A stretch of DNA of 63,977 nucleotides, filler included. It is 8 parts of 8 records of this genome, joined end to end, with 100 filler letters (N's around TTAATTAATTAA, not from the genome) between each part and the next. Parts side by side here need not be neighbours in the genome. Positions count along the whole stretch, not along the records: positions 38,840 to 50,268 come from SRR31156797_3743; positions 50,369 to 56,915 come from SRR31156797_3746; 6 more parts are not named here. The stretch is one strand, 5' to 3'. Positions 40,095 to 51,610 of this stretch are shown in pieces. Both the position numbers and the translations under genes were made by a program. How positions within the stretch are numbered: the first letter of the stretch is position 1; each line of letters begins with the position of its first letter. Under the pieces are notes generated by a model. The model made no database searches. It saw only the letters and a program-made list of their open reading frames with translations, and was not told where the DNA came from.

Positions 40095-41753
40095 TTAATC
40101 ATTCCAGTGGCTATTCGTCGATGTTTCCTGAATAGGAATTTCATATGTCATATGATCGGTAGAGTATGTTTGTCCGCTCGACCAATGTATCGAAGAACCA
40201 GCTCTATTTACATCTGTTCCCCAACGTTTGTTATTATCGTATTCAGTACCATTCTCACCCCACATTTCAATACGCCATTGCAATTTCACCATATCTAAAA
40301 CAGACATCCCGGTCATTGATGGATAATTATCGCAGGTTAGTGTGGTGGCATCTGCTTTTGTGCGTGCTGCCAACAACTTATTCAATGTTGTTTTAGCATC
40401 AGATTCGGCTCCTGATTCAGCCTGTGCTTCGGCCAACATCAGCAATACTTCTGACGAACGATAATAACAAAAATCACAATTCAACTGGTTATTACGTTCT
40501 GTTTGTTGCAACGAAATAGTAGCTCCCCATTTCAGGTTTGTATATTCGGGAATGAGTTCACTTAAGCCATCAGTTGGGTATACATAAGTTAACGTATCGG
40601 TAAGATAGTTTTCTTTACGATAATCATCGTCAGCTATTTCATCAAATAAACGATCATCAATCCTCATGTAATAAGTGCTTAATCCTCCAGCACCTTCTCC
40701 AAAACAGTTAAAGTTACCATATTGATATGTTTGAGCACCATTTCCATCAACCCATCCTAATATACATTCAGGGTTGTTATCGAGGCAGCTAAAGGCATTA
40801 TCTTCTGCATAAACGTCTTCTGTTCCTTCAGCCAGATCTCTTGCCTTGGTATTTTTTATACCGTATGCATCTTCTCCAATTAAATCGGGGAAACGACTCA
40901 AAATGGCATTACATGAACTTATACAAGTTTCATAATCTCCTGTCCATAAAGAAGCTCGCGCCAACAAAAACTGAGCTACGGCCGCATCAATATCATTTGT
41001 TGTCTCAACGGTATAACCATCAGCACTTTCCCCTATTCCCGATTCGGTAAACAATTCAATAGCTTCTTTTAAGTCTGATTTAATAAAGTCGTAAGTTTCG
41101 GTGGCAGAAGATGGGGCAACAGGATCGTTTATTCCATATTCTTCGTAAACAGGCATCCCTTTACCGTCTTTTCCACCCTGCAGATAAGCTGGTTGATAAC
41201 GTTCCATCAACATCATATAGCCATAAGCACGCACAGTAAGGCAACGAGCCCGATAATCTTTTAAAGAATTACTTCCACTGGCCTCAATTGTTTCAGTATC
41301 GATATAGCCTAAAACTTTATTTGCACTAATATGTGGTGTAGCTGCTAATAACCACCATGTGTAGTTATATTCGCGTGTCGATGCATCCCAAGGCTCAAAA
41401 CTTCCATCAATGTTATAGAATAGCTGGTAGTATCCACTTGATCCTAATTCCGATTCTCCCAAAACAATATCGTTGCAACGTAAATTATCAAATAAGTCTT
41501 GATTTTGAAGTGGATTTAATGAATTACCACTGTAGCCTGAGAATTTGTCATTAAGTCGAAAATTGGCATCCAGGTCAGAAGCCAGACTACTCATAATCAA
41601 CTCAATATCATCTTCATCACCTGAAGCGAGAATTTCCTTGATTTGCTCATCTGTTATATTATTGGGAGGCGTAACATCCAGCCTATCGCTACACGATAAT
41701 AAACCCCCTCCTAAGAAAGCAATATATATCCCCAGAAAAATATACTTTTTCAT
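40095..41753 (-). CDS. SusD/RagB family lipoprotein
   Basis: Lipobox LLSC, LLARASLW, YRSSEVLLMLAEA, RIEMWGE, YEIP..E...N. Confidence 0.92.
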   Translation of the reverse strand: MKKYIFLGIYIAFLGGGLLSCSDRLDVTPPNNITDEQIKEILASGDEDDIELIMSSLASDLDANFRLNDKFSGYSGNSLNPLQNQDLFDNLRCNDIVLGESELGSSGYYQLFYNIDGSFEPWDASTREYNYTWWLLAATPHISANKVLGYIDTETIEASGSNSLKDYRARCLTVRAYGYMMLMERYQPAYLQGGKDGKGMPVYEEYGINDPVAPSSATETYDFIKSDLKEAIELFTESGIGESADGYTVETTNDIDAAVAQFLLARASLWTGDYETCISSCNAILSRFPDLIGEDAYGIKNTKARDLAEGTEDVYAEDNAFSCLDNNPECILGWVDGNGAQTYQYGNFNCFGEGAGGLSTYYMRIDDRLFDEIADDDYRKENYLTDTLTYVYPTDGLSELIPEYTNLKWGATISLQQTERNNQLNCDFCYYRSSEVLLMLAEAQAESGAESDAKTTLNKLLAARTKADATTLTCDNYPSMTGMSVLDMVKLQWRIEMWGENGTEYDNNKRWGTDVNRAGSSIHWSSGQTYSTDHMTYEIPIQETSTNSHWND

Positions 41754-41771
41754 ATCTTATTTTTTAATATT

Positions 41772-44700
41772 TTATAAGTCTAAATTAACTCCAAAAGAAA
41801 TTGTACGCATTGTAGGATAGGTATAAGCAGCTACCTCCATACCTCCGGTAAGAGACATACTCGGATCTATACCTTTCTCTGCCGAAAACATAAATAAATT
41901 GTCACCAGATGCAAAAATCCTTAAACTTCCGATTCCTATTTTTGATAACATATGTTTTGGGAAAGTATATCCAAGCGTTATATTTTTAACCCTTAAATAG
42001 GTTGCCGAAAACAAGGCCATATCAGTATATTTCCAGGAACCAAATGTAGATCCATCGTAATAGGCAGCGCCATACCACTGCATTGGGTATTTTGCATCGG
42101 TATTCTCCGGAGTCCAGGTATTATTTAGCATATCTTTTGAAAGAGCACCTAAATTGCTATTTAAATTAGAACTACTACGGTATAATCCATTACCATATTC
42201 AACACTGTAAAATTTTCCACCCAACTGGTAGGCTAATACGGCAGAAAGATCGAAATCTTTATATTTAAAGGTTGTTGTCAAACCTCCAATCCATTTAGGA
42301 ATTGCAGAGCCAACCTCGTATTTAGAAGCATTATTATAGTTTTTAACCTTAACATCATCTCCTTCTTTTGCTCCTGCATAGGTCCCTGCTGAAACATCTT
42401 CATCATCGACTCTGTGCCAATAGAGCGGAAGTCCGGTTTCCTGATCTACTCCGGCATATTTATAAAGCCATAGGTTATACCAGTCTCTTCCTTCTCCGCG
42501 TAAATAATATCCACCGCTTGATGCATTGCTTGAACCGGTAGAACTCCATCCTTCTCCGTTTGCTTCGTATGTATTTGCAGGAAGTCCTTCAGTTGTTTCA
42601 GGTATAGAACCGGCTGGTACATCAGTTAACACTGTAGTAAAATGTGTACCGTTTATCGTTACATTCCACGAAAAATCTTTGTTTCTAACAATATCTCCAC
42701 CGATCTCAATCTCTACTCCCCGGTTTCTCAATGTCGCACTATTAGATTGTAGTGTTTCCTGACCAACAGCCATATAACTTACCGGCTGGTTATAAAATGT
42801 ATTGTCTGTTACCCGGTTGTAAAAATCGACAGTACCGTATAAGCGGTCAAAAAGAGAAAAATCTATACCACAGTCAAAAGTATTCGTATTTTCCCAGGTT
42901 AACTCATCGTTAACCAAGCCTCCGGGTTTTAAAGTATATGATACAGGAGTACCTGTTCCTGCAGAAGTTTCGGAATATTTCGCTCCGTACGACCAGGTTC
43001 GATATCCACTGTATCGGCCAATAGCACTTGAGTTACCAATTACACCATAGCTTGCCCGTAACTTCAAATTATCTAACCAATGTTTGGTAGAGGCCATAAA
43101 GTTTTCGGAAGAAATACGCCAGCCAGCACCAACAGACCAAAAACCTCCCCAACGGTTTTTCTTAAATTTGGATGATCCATCTGCTCGCATCGAAGCTGAT
43201 GCATAATACTTATTATCGTAAATATAATTAGCCCGTCCCAAATAACTTTCCATCCTTTCAATATCGACTTTGGAATAAGGAGTAGACAAGCCTTTAACAT
43301 TTTTATATTTAGCCACAAAATTGGCAACTGAAATATATCCCGGAATTAACTCATAACTAGATCCCCAACGCATATATTCCTGATTCCAATCATTGTATTC
43401 GTGCACAGCAATTGCATCAATATGATGTTTTTTTATGTCTTTATTATAGCTAAGCATCGACTGGATATTAAGAATCCTGCGGTCATACATAACCTTATGC
43501 ATTCCTCCGTTATATGCATTACCATAATAACTGGCTTCGCTACTATAATATCTTGTTTGTAGAAAATTTGCCTTATCTAAAGAAAAATTAAATGTGAATT
43601 TAAAATCCTTTAAGAAACTAATTTCGGCATAAGACCTGGTATTCCATAAGTCTTGTTCTTCATTACGAACATCGCTATCCATTGAAAGCAATATATTATA
43701 GTAACCATATATGGCTTTAGTAGAACCCAAAGGAGAATATGTGCTTCCTTCTTGTCCATTGTAATTGGTTCCATCTTCCTGAATTCTATAACTTCCATCT
43801 TCATCGTAAGAATAAACCGGAACAATAGGTGCAATACCGTTAATAAAACGGAATACATTACCAGGATTGGATCCGGGATTACGCGACCAGGTTGTAGCCA
43901 TTAAATTAGTTGAGGTATGTGTAAAGCCAACATTTGTTCCAACTTTCAGCCAATCGTACAGTTCTGCATTAACATTTGAACGACCACTGTAACGATCAAA
44001 ATCAGAATTACGGATATACGATGGATCCTCCAGATAACCTATTGAGAAAAAATAATCAACTTTATCACTCCCTCCATTTGCAGAAAAGTTATATTCCTGC
44101 CGAAATTTACTTTCAAGCAATTCATTACTAAAATTATCGGAATATAATAGTTCGGCATTAGGATTCAAGCTACCATCTGAATTTACCAAATAAGCTCCAG
44201 TCATTGTTGAACTGGAAGTTGTACTTGTTCCATCGGGTGTATAAACGGCACCTGGCACAGAATAGGCCATGTGGTTACCCAGGTTATTACGTCCAAAATC
44301 AGTTTCAGAGTTAATGTAATTGAACAAGTGCTGGCTGGCAAATTCAGCTGCTTCTTCGTGCGTATAATTAGGATTCTGAACATTTGTAGTCCAATTCTGA
44401 GGTTTTCCTGTTCCATTAACTCCATACCGGTACGAATTATAAATGGATTGCCAGGCGTATTCATAATATTCTTTTGCATTATCAATTTTACCTAGCTTAT
44501 AGGGGCCCACTGAATTTACACCAAAACGTGCAGAAAAAGATATTTTTGTTTTCCCGGCACTTCCTTTTTTGGTTGTTATTAATACCACACCATTAGCACC
44601 TCTTGAACCATAAAGAGCTGTAGAAGCTGCATCTTTTAGTACTGTTACAGTCTCTATATCTGATGAGTTAAGAGTAGATAAAGGATTGGCAGTCTGCGCT

Positions 44701-45611
44701 GGTACTCCATCAATTACAACTAAGGCTCCCGAACTATTCAGATTTGCAGATCCTACACCCCGAACACGAATTCCCATGTCATAACCGGGCTGTCCATCAA
44801 CCGACGATACCTGAAGACCTGCTACAGATCCCTCCAATGCTTTTGTTACGGTTGAAGCAGACTGCGATGCCATAAGTTTCCCGTCAACGGTACTTATTGC
44901 TCCTGTTAAATCTTTCTTTTTCATAGTTCCGTAACCTACTGCAACAACCTCCTCGATTCCGACTGTTTCGAAGGCCATTGTTACATTTAGAACTGTTTTT
45001 CCTGCTACGGGGACTTCCTGAGTTCTCATCCCAATAAATGAAAACTGCAAAACGGCTCCTTCAGGAACATTTGTCAACGTATAGTTTCCGTTTACATCAG
45101 TTACAGTCCCCCTTGTCGTTCCAACAATCACAACTGATGCTCCCGGTACAGATTGGTTTGATTCATCGGTTACTTGTCCGGAAACATTCTTTTTTTCTTG
45201 TTCTGCTTGTTTTTCAACGGGCACAACTACTTTGTCATCTTTACTTTTTTCTTTTTTTGTAATAACAATTTGCCGATCCAGAATTTCATAGTTGTTATCT
45301 GTTACACCAAAGACCTGGTCAAGGATTTTATCAATGGTAGCATCATTAACATCCACCGATACCTTTCTATTTAAGTCAACAATATTGTCATAATAAATAA
45401 AGATAAATTCTGATTCTTTTTCAATCTTATCAAGCAATTCACCCAAGCCTATCTGATTGACTGATAAGCTAAATTTGGTATTTTGGGAATAACTGGTTGT
45501 AGCCATTACGTTTGCTCCGGCAATTAATAAAATTATTATACAAAGCTTCATAACCAGAACGAATTTTCTAAGCCCTGGTAAACACCAGAGAGTTTTTTCC
45601 TTTTTTTTCAT
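41772..45611 (-). CDS. SusC/RagA TonB-dependent transporter with N-terminal STN signalling extension
   Basis: STN-like N-terminus, VAVGYGT, VLKDAASTALYGSRGANGVVLITTK, LTWE, terminal NLDL. Confidence 0.95.
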   Translation of the reverse strand: MKKKEKTLWCLPGLRKFVLVMKLCIIILLIAGANVMATTSYSQNTKFSLSVNQIGLGELLDKIEKESEFIFIYYDNIVDLNRKVSVDVNDATIDKILDQVFGVTDNNYEILDRQIVITKKEKSKDDKVVVPVEKQAEQEKKNVSGQVTDESNQSVPGASVVIVGTTRGTVTDVNGNYTLTNVPEGAVLQFSFIGMRTQEVPVAGKTVLNVTMAFETVGIEEVVAVGYGTMKKKDLTGAISTVDGKLMASQSASTVTKALEGSVAGLQVSSVDGQPGYDMGIRVRGVGSANLNSSGALVVIDGVPAQTANPLSTLNSSDIETVTVLKDAASTALYGSRGANGVVLITTKKGSAGKTKISFSARFGVNSVGPYKLGKIDNAKEYYEYAWQSIYNSYRYGVNGTGKPQNWTTNVQNPNYTHEEAAEFASQHLFNYINSETDFGRNNLGNHMAYSVPGAVYTPDGTSTTSSSTMTGAYLVNSDGSLNPNAELLYSDNFSNELLESKFRQEYNFSANGGSDKVDYFFSIGYLEDPSYIRNSDFDRYSGRSNVNAELYDWLKVGTNVGFTHTSTNLMATTWSRNPGSNPGNVFRFINGIAPIVPVYSYDEDGSYRIQEDGTNYNGQEGSTYSPLGSTKAIYGYYNILLSMDSDVRNEEQDLWNTRSYAEISFLKDFKFTFNFSLDKANFLQTRYYSSEASYYGNAYNGGMHKVMYDRRILNIQSMLSYNKDIKKHHIDAIAVHEYNDWNQEYMRWGSSYELIPGYISVANFVAKYKNVKGLSTPYSKVDIERMESYLGRANYIYDNKYYASASMRADGSSKFKKNRWGGFWSVGAGWRISSENFMASTKHWLDNLKLRASYGVIGNSSAIGRYSGYRTWSYGAKYSETSAGTGTPVSYTLKPGGLVNDELTWENTNTFDCGIDFSLFDRLYGTVDFYNRVTDNTFYNQPVSYMAVGQETLQSNSATLRNRGVEIEIGGDIVRNKDFSWNVTINGTHFTTVLTDVPAGSIPETTEGLPANTYEANGEGWSSTGSSNASSGGYYLRGEGRDWYNLWLYKYAGVDQETGLPLYWHRVDDEDVSAGTYAGAKEGDDVKVKNYNNASKYEVGSAIPKWIGGLTTTFKYKDFDLSAVLAYQLGGKFYSVEYGNGLYRSSSNLNSNLGALSKDMLNNTWTPENTDAKYPMQWYGAAYYDGSTFGSWKYTDMALFSATYLRVKNITLGYTFPKHMLSKIGIGSLRIFASGDNLFMFSAEKGIDPSMSLTGGMEVAAYTYPTMRTISFGVNLDL

Positions 45612-45666
45612 AAATTTGTATTGGTATTAAATTATTTTATTTCACACTTTTTGGAATAAAATAGGT

Positions 45667-45694
45667 GGCAGGTTATATTGCAGTATAACCTGCC
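45667..45694. promoter_or_regulatory. perfect 11-bp hairpin in the fecR-susC leader
   Basis: ggcaggttata-ttgcag-tataacctgcc. Confidence 0.55.
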
Positions 45695-45751
45695 TTTTTA
45701 TTTTATCTTATTCAGGTGAAAAGTGGTGGACCATTTATCATCATTCTTTTC

Positions 45752-46843
45752 TTAGTTTTTGGTTAGTACTTGAAATCTATTATTTACCTTTTTATATGTA
45801 ACCGGTGCTGTTAAGGCTATTGCCTTTAAAACATCTTCACACTCATTTTTTAAGTCAAGTTTTCCCGACAATGTCAGTGTTTTAACCTTATCATCCAGCA
45901 CCTCAATGTCGACATTATAATACCTGCCCAGTTTCATTAAAACACCCGCCAGATTTTCAGAATTACAAATTAACCATCCGTTTATCCAGGAAATATATTC
46001 TGAAGCATTTGTTTTGGTTACACGACTCTGATTGGTTTGTTTATCAAATTTTAGAATCTCATCGGGCTTCATTTGTATTTTATTCTTTCCAACAACAGCC
46101 TCAACACTTCCTTCCAACAAAACAACTGAAGACAAGACATCTTCCGGATAAGAACTAACATTAAACTTGGTACCAAGAACCTCTACCTCAACGTCTTTTG
46201 TTTTAACTATAAACTTGCGCTTCGGATCTTTGGCCACCTCAAAATACGCTTCCCCTTCGATATAAACCAGTCGTTCCTTTTTTACAAATTTTACCGGGAA
46301 GATAGCCCTGCTACCCGAGTTCAACCATATTTTAGATCCATCGGAAAGTACAACACAAGAATGCTTACCATATGGGATAACAATTTGATTCAACTGCTCT
46401 TTCTCTTTCTACTGAATTTCTTTATCTTGATTCAACTTATCAATAACTACCTTATTATCATCAACACTAATATTACCTTCCTTATCGTACTCTATTTCGA
46501 TATTATTTGATGAAAAGGATTTATGTTGTTCGTCGGACAAAACCAAAACTATATTGTCAGACTCTGGCTCTACCCTATCTATACTGGTGTAATCAATAGT
46601 ATCTATTCCTGGCGTAAAACGATAAAAATACAAACCTCCAACACCAAGTATCAATAATATAGTAGCAGCTACTGCCCATTTACGCCAATAGTACGTCTTA
46701 AGTTTTTGCTCGTGAATACTTTCCGCAATTCGTTCCCAAAGAACATCGTGTTCCTTTTCTGATAAATATATTTTTTTACGTTTTTTCATTACATTCATTA
46801 AAACAGTAAATAGTTGTACCCTTCTTATTCTTTCCCCACACAA
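45752..46843 (-). pseudogene. FecR-type anti-sigma factor interrupted by an in-frame TAG at 46409-46411
   Basis: ORFs 46409-46843 (LWERI, TM) and 45752-46393 (LSDGSKIWLNSGS, GEAYFEV, VLGTKFNV) share one frame: KEIQ*KEKEQLNQIVIPYG. Confidence 0.8.
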
Positions 46844-47083
46844 ACAAATTTGCTAAATTCTAAGGGGAGCTACTGCCTGCCCCTATATCGCTAACAATAA
46901 GCCGATTACTACAAATTCAAACAATTATTAACACTTCAATCTTGCAATAATTGTTAAAGAATTATTATCTAGTTGTTAATTGAATAAGAACTTTAGGATT
47001 ATTTTGTACTCACTTTAAGAAAAAAAAATCTAAACAGCATTTAAGAGGAACAAATTAAACATTTGCATTTGTAGTGCTGGGAA

Positions 47084-47644
47084 TTAATACTTCTCCCTTA
47101 ACTTTTCGATGCCACGGTGAACAAGATTACGTGCCGACTGATAGTTAACACTCATTATCTGACAAATTTCGTTATAATCATATTCCAGATAAAACTTAAG
47201 AAAAAGTGCCTCTCGCTGCCGTTCACTTAAGAATGAGAACGCTTTTCGAATTTGAATATTTCGCTGCCTACTACTATCCTTCTCAATAAGCACATCTTCC
47301 GAAGACTTTTCCACAAAAGAAGGAAGTTCCAGATTCTGAAGATAAGACACACTGCTTGTCTTTTTTAGTTCTTTTAATAACGAATGCTTTAAAGCTTTAA
47401 ACAGGTAATTTTTTATGTTGTTGGTTTCCTTGATTTTTTTACGATACTTATATAAATCTACAAAAACATCATGAATATGATCTTGAATTAAATCCTTATC
47501 CTGTGTGTAAAAACAACCATACTCAAACAACTGATTGACATAAGTACTATAAATAATCTTAAATGCTTCTTCGTCTCCTTTTAAAAAGGAATTCCAAAGC
47601 ATAAGATCATTCATCCCCTTATTATAAAAACCCGCTCCTTGCAT
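47084..47644 (-). CDS. ECF sigma-70 factor
   Basis: LWNSFLKGDEEAF, IHDVFVDL, LSERQREALFL, YQSARNLVHR; alternative start 47614. Confidence 0.92.
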   Translation of the reverse strand: MQGAGFYNKGMNDLMLWNSFLKGDEEAFKIIYSTYVNQLFEYGCFYTQDKDLIQDHIHDVFVDLYKYRKKIKETNNIKNYLFKALKHSLLKELKKTSSVSYLQNLELPSFVEKSSEDVLIEKDSSRQRNIQIRKAFSFLSERQREALFLKFYLEYDYNEICQIMSVNYQSARNLVHRGIEKLREKY

Positions 47645-48700
47645 TAAGACTTCTTTTCATGAAACAAATACTTACTCAACTGTATTGTAGTTATAATTAA
47701 GTATTTACTTCTTTTATAATCATTTATTTTTACAAAGTATATACAATATCAATTTGATTCCTTTGGAAACTTTATAATCGAATTTAAAACCTGAATCTTT
47801 CAATCAGCTCAGTTGGTCTTCCAAAAATATAATTATAATTGGTATATTCTATTGATCGTAATTGAATCAAATACATTTATGCAAATAATAACGTCTTGGA
47901 TATTCCTTACTAATGTTCAATGTTTTCCCTGAGCTCGTCATTAATTCAAAATTTTATATTACCCTTTAACGGGTAAAACCATCAACAAGCATGTACAATC
48001 GTTTCCTACTGCCATATTCCCCAAAATGAAAATCTATCTATTTCAGAAAATACATTTAAAACCTAATCAATTTTTTCTAAGAATCAGCCCTGTTCTACTC
48101 TATTCTATCTATCAAAAGTAGACCTCTAAGAAATTTAAACCACCTTAATATAACAGTTTTTACTGTGTAGAATAGAAATTTAGATCGATTTTAATTACCT
48201 GCCTTTATAAACACAATAAACACGAATTACCATACTGTAATAATGCAACTATGGTATAATTCACGCTTCTTCAGATCCGCCATAACACCCATAACTATCA
48301 ACCTATTACAAAACAAACACACACCAAACCATATAAAAACAACCTGTTATCTGCGAATAAAAAATGCCAGCAATGGATGTATCTTTAAAGAGTTCTGAAT
48401 TTTTTATCGAAATAATCACCCTTCCTATATCACCACTAAACCTGCATTCATATACACCTATATTACAAGCACTTACCGCTACACATCTTGATTGAATAGG
48501 TGATTTATATTTTTTTATAATGATCACTCACTTTGCAGTTCCCCAATAGGCCATAATTTATTACAATAATGATATTTTTATATTTGTAGCTTAATAAAAT
48601 AAGCTTTGGACCAACTAAAAAAAGACAAAACCAAATAAAACTTGTCTCAAATAACCAGTACTGTTCCAACGTATATCTTTTAATCAAAACATCTAAAAAA

Positions 48701-50268
48701 ATGAAAAAAATTATCATCCTATTAATATTATTTACCATTATTTTGCAATCGATTGCACAAGATAATACTTCAATTATTAGCAAGTATTCTGAAGAACAAC
48801 TCTCGAATATACTTCTACCGCTGAATAAATTTTATCCTTACCCGGTAATTACAGATAGAGAAGCCTGGCAAAAAGCCGATCAAACAATGTTTGATTTTTA
48901 TCTTAAAGAGGCTGAAAAAAACATCAACTATAAATGGCCAACGATACCAGCTACTAAATCGTTGCTTATTGAACGTACAGGGAACCGGACGGAATATCAG
49001 AAAATTCGATCTGAAAGAAGAACTGTTCTGACCTTAATGCTACTTGCAGAAATATACGAAAATAAAGGTCGGTTTATTGACCAGATTGTAAACGGAATAT
49101 GGTCAGTATGCGAAGAATCGTATTGGGGTGTACCTGCCCACCTTCCAACAGGGCCGCAATACAAAGGGCTGGCTGATGTAAAAGATCCTTTTCTCGATCT
49201 TTTTGCTGCCGAAACGGCTTCGTTACTAGCACTTACCGATTACTTTCTGAGAGATAAATTAGATACCATTTCACCGCAAATAAGAGAACGGATTTATTAC
49301 GAAACAAATAAACGCATTTTTAATCCCCTTCTTAACAGATCGCACTGGTGGATGGGGGAAAAATTTGGAGGACACAGGTTAAACAACTGGAACCCATGGA
49401 TATGTTCAAATTGTCTTTGTGCAACTTTACTGCTTGAAGAAAATCAAAAAGAAAAAGCAGCTGTAGTGTACCGGATTACTGAATTATTGGAAGAATATAT
49501 CAACCACTATCCTGAAGATGGGGGGTGTGATGAAGGTCCTGGATACTGGAATGCCGCACCCGGCACCCTTTTCGACAACATAACACTGCTTAACCAGGCT
49601 ACAGATAATGCCTACAGCTATATTTTTAAAAATGCAAAAGTAAAAAACATGGTTGGGTATATTTATCGCTTTCAAATTGGAAATGATTACTTTGTAAACT
49701 TTGCTGATGGTGCTCCAAAAACCCAAATAAACGGAAGTATGATCTACCGATATGGCAAAGCTGTTAACGATAAATATGCAATGGCAATGGGAGCCTATTT
49801 CTATGAAAAACAAACCATTAAAGCACCTCATGCTCACTTATTTCGGATTTTTCACGAATTATTCCTTTCGGAAGAAATAAAAAATGCTGATAAATATGCA
49901 CCGCTCCCAAAGGATGCCTGGTTCCCCGATTTACAAGTAATGATTGCTCGCGACAAAGAAAATAGCTCTGAAGGCTTTTTTGTTGCAGCAAAAGGAGGTC
50001 ATAACAACGAAAGCCATAACCACAACGATATTGGGAATTTTATTGTTTATTATAACGGTCTGCCATTATTAATTGATGTGGGTAGCGGAACATATACCAA
50101 AAGAACTTTCGTTCCCGAACGGAGATACGAATTATGGAACAACTGTTCAGAGTATCATAACCTGCCAACTGTAAACAATTCAAATCAATTACCAGAAGAA
50201 CGATATAAAGCAAACCATGTAAAATATACAAAGTCGGGAAGCAGCCCTGCAGTTTCTCTTGATATTTC
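48701..50268 (+). CDS. heparinase II/III family polysaccharide lyase-like protein (3'-partial)
   Basis: Signal peptide; WGVPAH, NNWNPW, DGGCDEGPGYW, KGGHNNESHNHNDIG, YHNLP. Confidence 0.85.
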
Positions 50269-50368
50269 NNNNNNNNNNNNNNNNNNNNNNNNNNNNNNNN
50301 NNNNNNNNNNNNTTAATTAATTAANNNNNNNNNNNNNNNNNNNNNNNNNNNNNNNNNNNNNNNNNNNN
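50269..50368. other. artificial contig spacer
   Basis: N44-TTAATTAATTAA-N44. Confidence 0.99.
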
Positions 50369-50608
50369 GTTACAGCTGAATGATTTAAAATTTAAATAAT
50401 TGCCAAATAAAACTAATGTTATATAGAATAAAAGGCAAAGATAGTTTTTAATTGAATTTCTGTTTTGATTATCATTCTAATTTGATTTCATATTAAAGTT
50501 TTGGATTTGTTTATTTTCTATTTCGTGTTCTAAATAACAAAATTTATAAAACCAAAATCAGATAAAAACGTTTAAACTACCGAAAACAGAATTCAATGAA
50601 AAAAGAAA

Positions 50609-51610
50609 ATGGAAACCAATCAAAATAAGGCTCCTAATAATCCCTGGTTAAATTTCAGCAAAAATATAGAAAAATACAGAACCCCTGATTTAAAAAGAAG
50701 TATCTGGCAAATCGTAAATACGTTTATTCCTTATGTAGGATTGTGGGTTTTAATTATTTACAGTCTCGATATTTCGCTCTGGTTAACAGCACCTTTAATT
50801 ATCCTGGCAGCTGGTTTTCTGGTCAGGTTATTCATAATTTTTCACGATTGCGGGCATGGTTCATTTTTTAAATCGCAAAAAGCCAACAAGCTGGTGGGAA
50901 TGTTTTTTGGAATACTGGCTTTTACTCCGTACGATAAATGGCATAATCAGCATTTAAGACATCATGCGACTGTTGGGAATCTGGATAAAAGAGGCGTTGG
51001 CGATGTGTGGACAATGACCAAAGAAGAGTATGAGAAAAGCGACAGAAAAACAAAATTTGAATACCGTATTTACCGAAATCCATTAATTATGTTTGGGCTT
51101 GGGCCAATTTTTGTTTTTGTTTTCTCGAACCGATTTACCCGAAGTTGGATGACTAAAAAAGAGAAACTAAATATCTATATAACCAATGTAGTTTTACTGG
51201 CTATTTTCTTTGTTATGGGAATTACCATTGGGTTTGGCACTTTTGCAATTATTCAGATTCTGATAATGTATATTGCCGGAATTTCGGGATTTTGGTTGTT
51301 TTATCTGCAACATCAGTACGAAGAAGTTTCGTGGGTGCGAAGCGAAGACTGGAATTATCGCTCAATTGCTTTGGAAGGTAGTTCTTTTGTGAAGTTCCCG
51401 AAGTTATTACAATGGTTTTCAGGAAACATCGGATTTCATCATATTCACCATGTAAACTCCAGTATTCCAAATTATTATCTCTCAAAAGTTTTTAAGGAAA
51501 ATAAAATCTTTAAAGAGGTAAAACCCATAACTTTTATTGATAGTTTGAAAACCCTAAAACTTCGTTTATGGGATGAAAAGCAACAAAAAATGGTAACTTT
51601 TAAGTATTAA
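50609..51610 (+). CDS. membrane fatty acid desaturase (Bacillus Des-like)
   Basis: His boxes HDCGH, HLRHH and HHIHH. Confidence 0.92.
   Translation: METNQNKAPNNPWLNFSKNIEKYRTPDLKRSIWQIVNTFIPYVGLWVLIIYSLDISLWLTAPLIILAAGFLVRLFIIFHDCGHGSFFKSQKANKLVGMFFGILAFTPYDKWHNQHLRHHATVGNLDKRGVGDVWTMTKEEYEKSDRKTKFEYRIYRNPLIMFGLGPIFVFVFSNRFTRSWMTKKEKLNIYITNVVLLAIFFVMGITIGFGTFAIIQILIMYIAGISGFWLFYLQHQYEEVSWVRSEDWNYRSIALEGSSFVKFPKLLQWFSGNIGFHHIHHVNSSIPNYYLSKVFKENKIFKEVKPITFIDSLKTLKLRLWDEKQQKMVTFKY

Noticed and set aside
46409-46411. Stop-codon reassignment or pyrrolysine explaining the fecR TAG
   Set aside because: A single instance; no in-frame TAG in the long neighbouring genes and no pyl genes visible.
48306-48783. 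Small minus-strand ORFs in the AT-rich gap
   Set aside because: No motifs, and one overlaps the lyase start and promoter; likely spurious.
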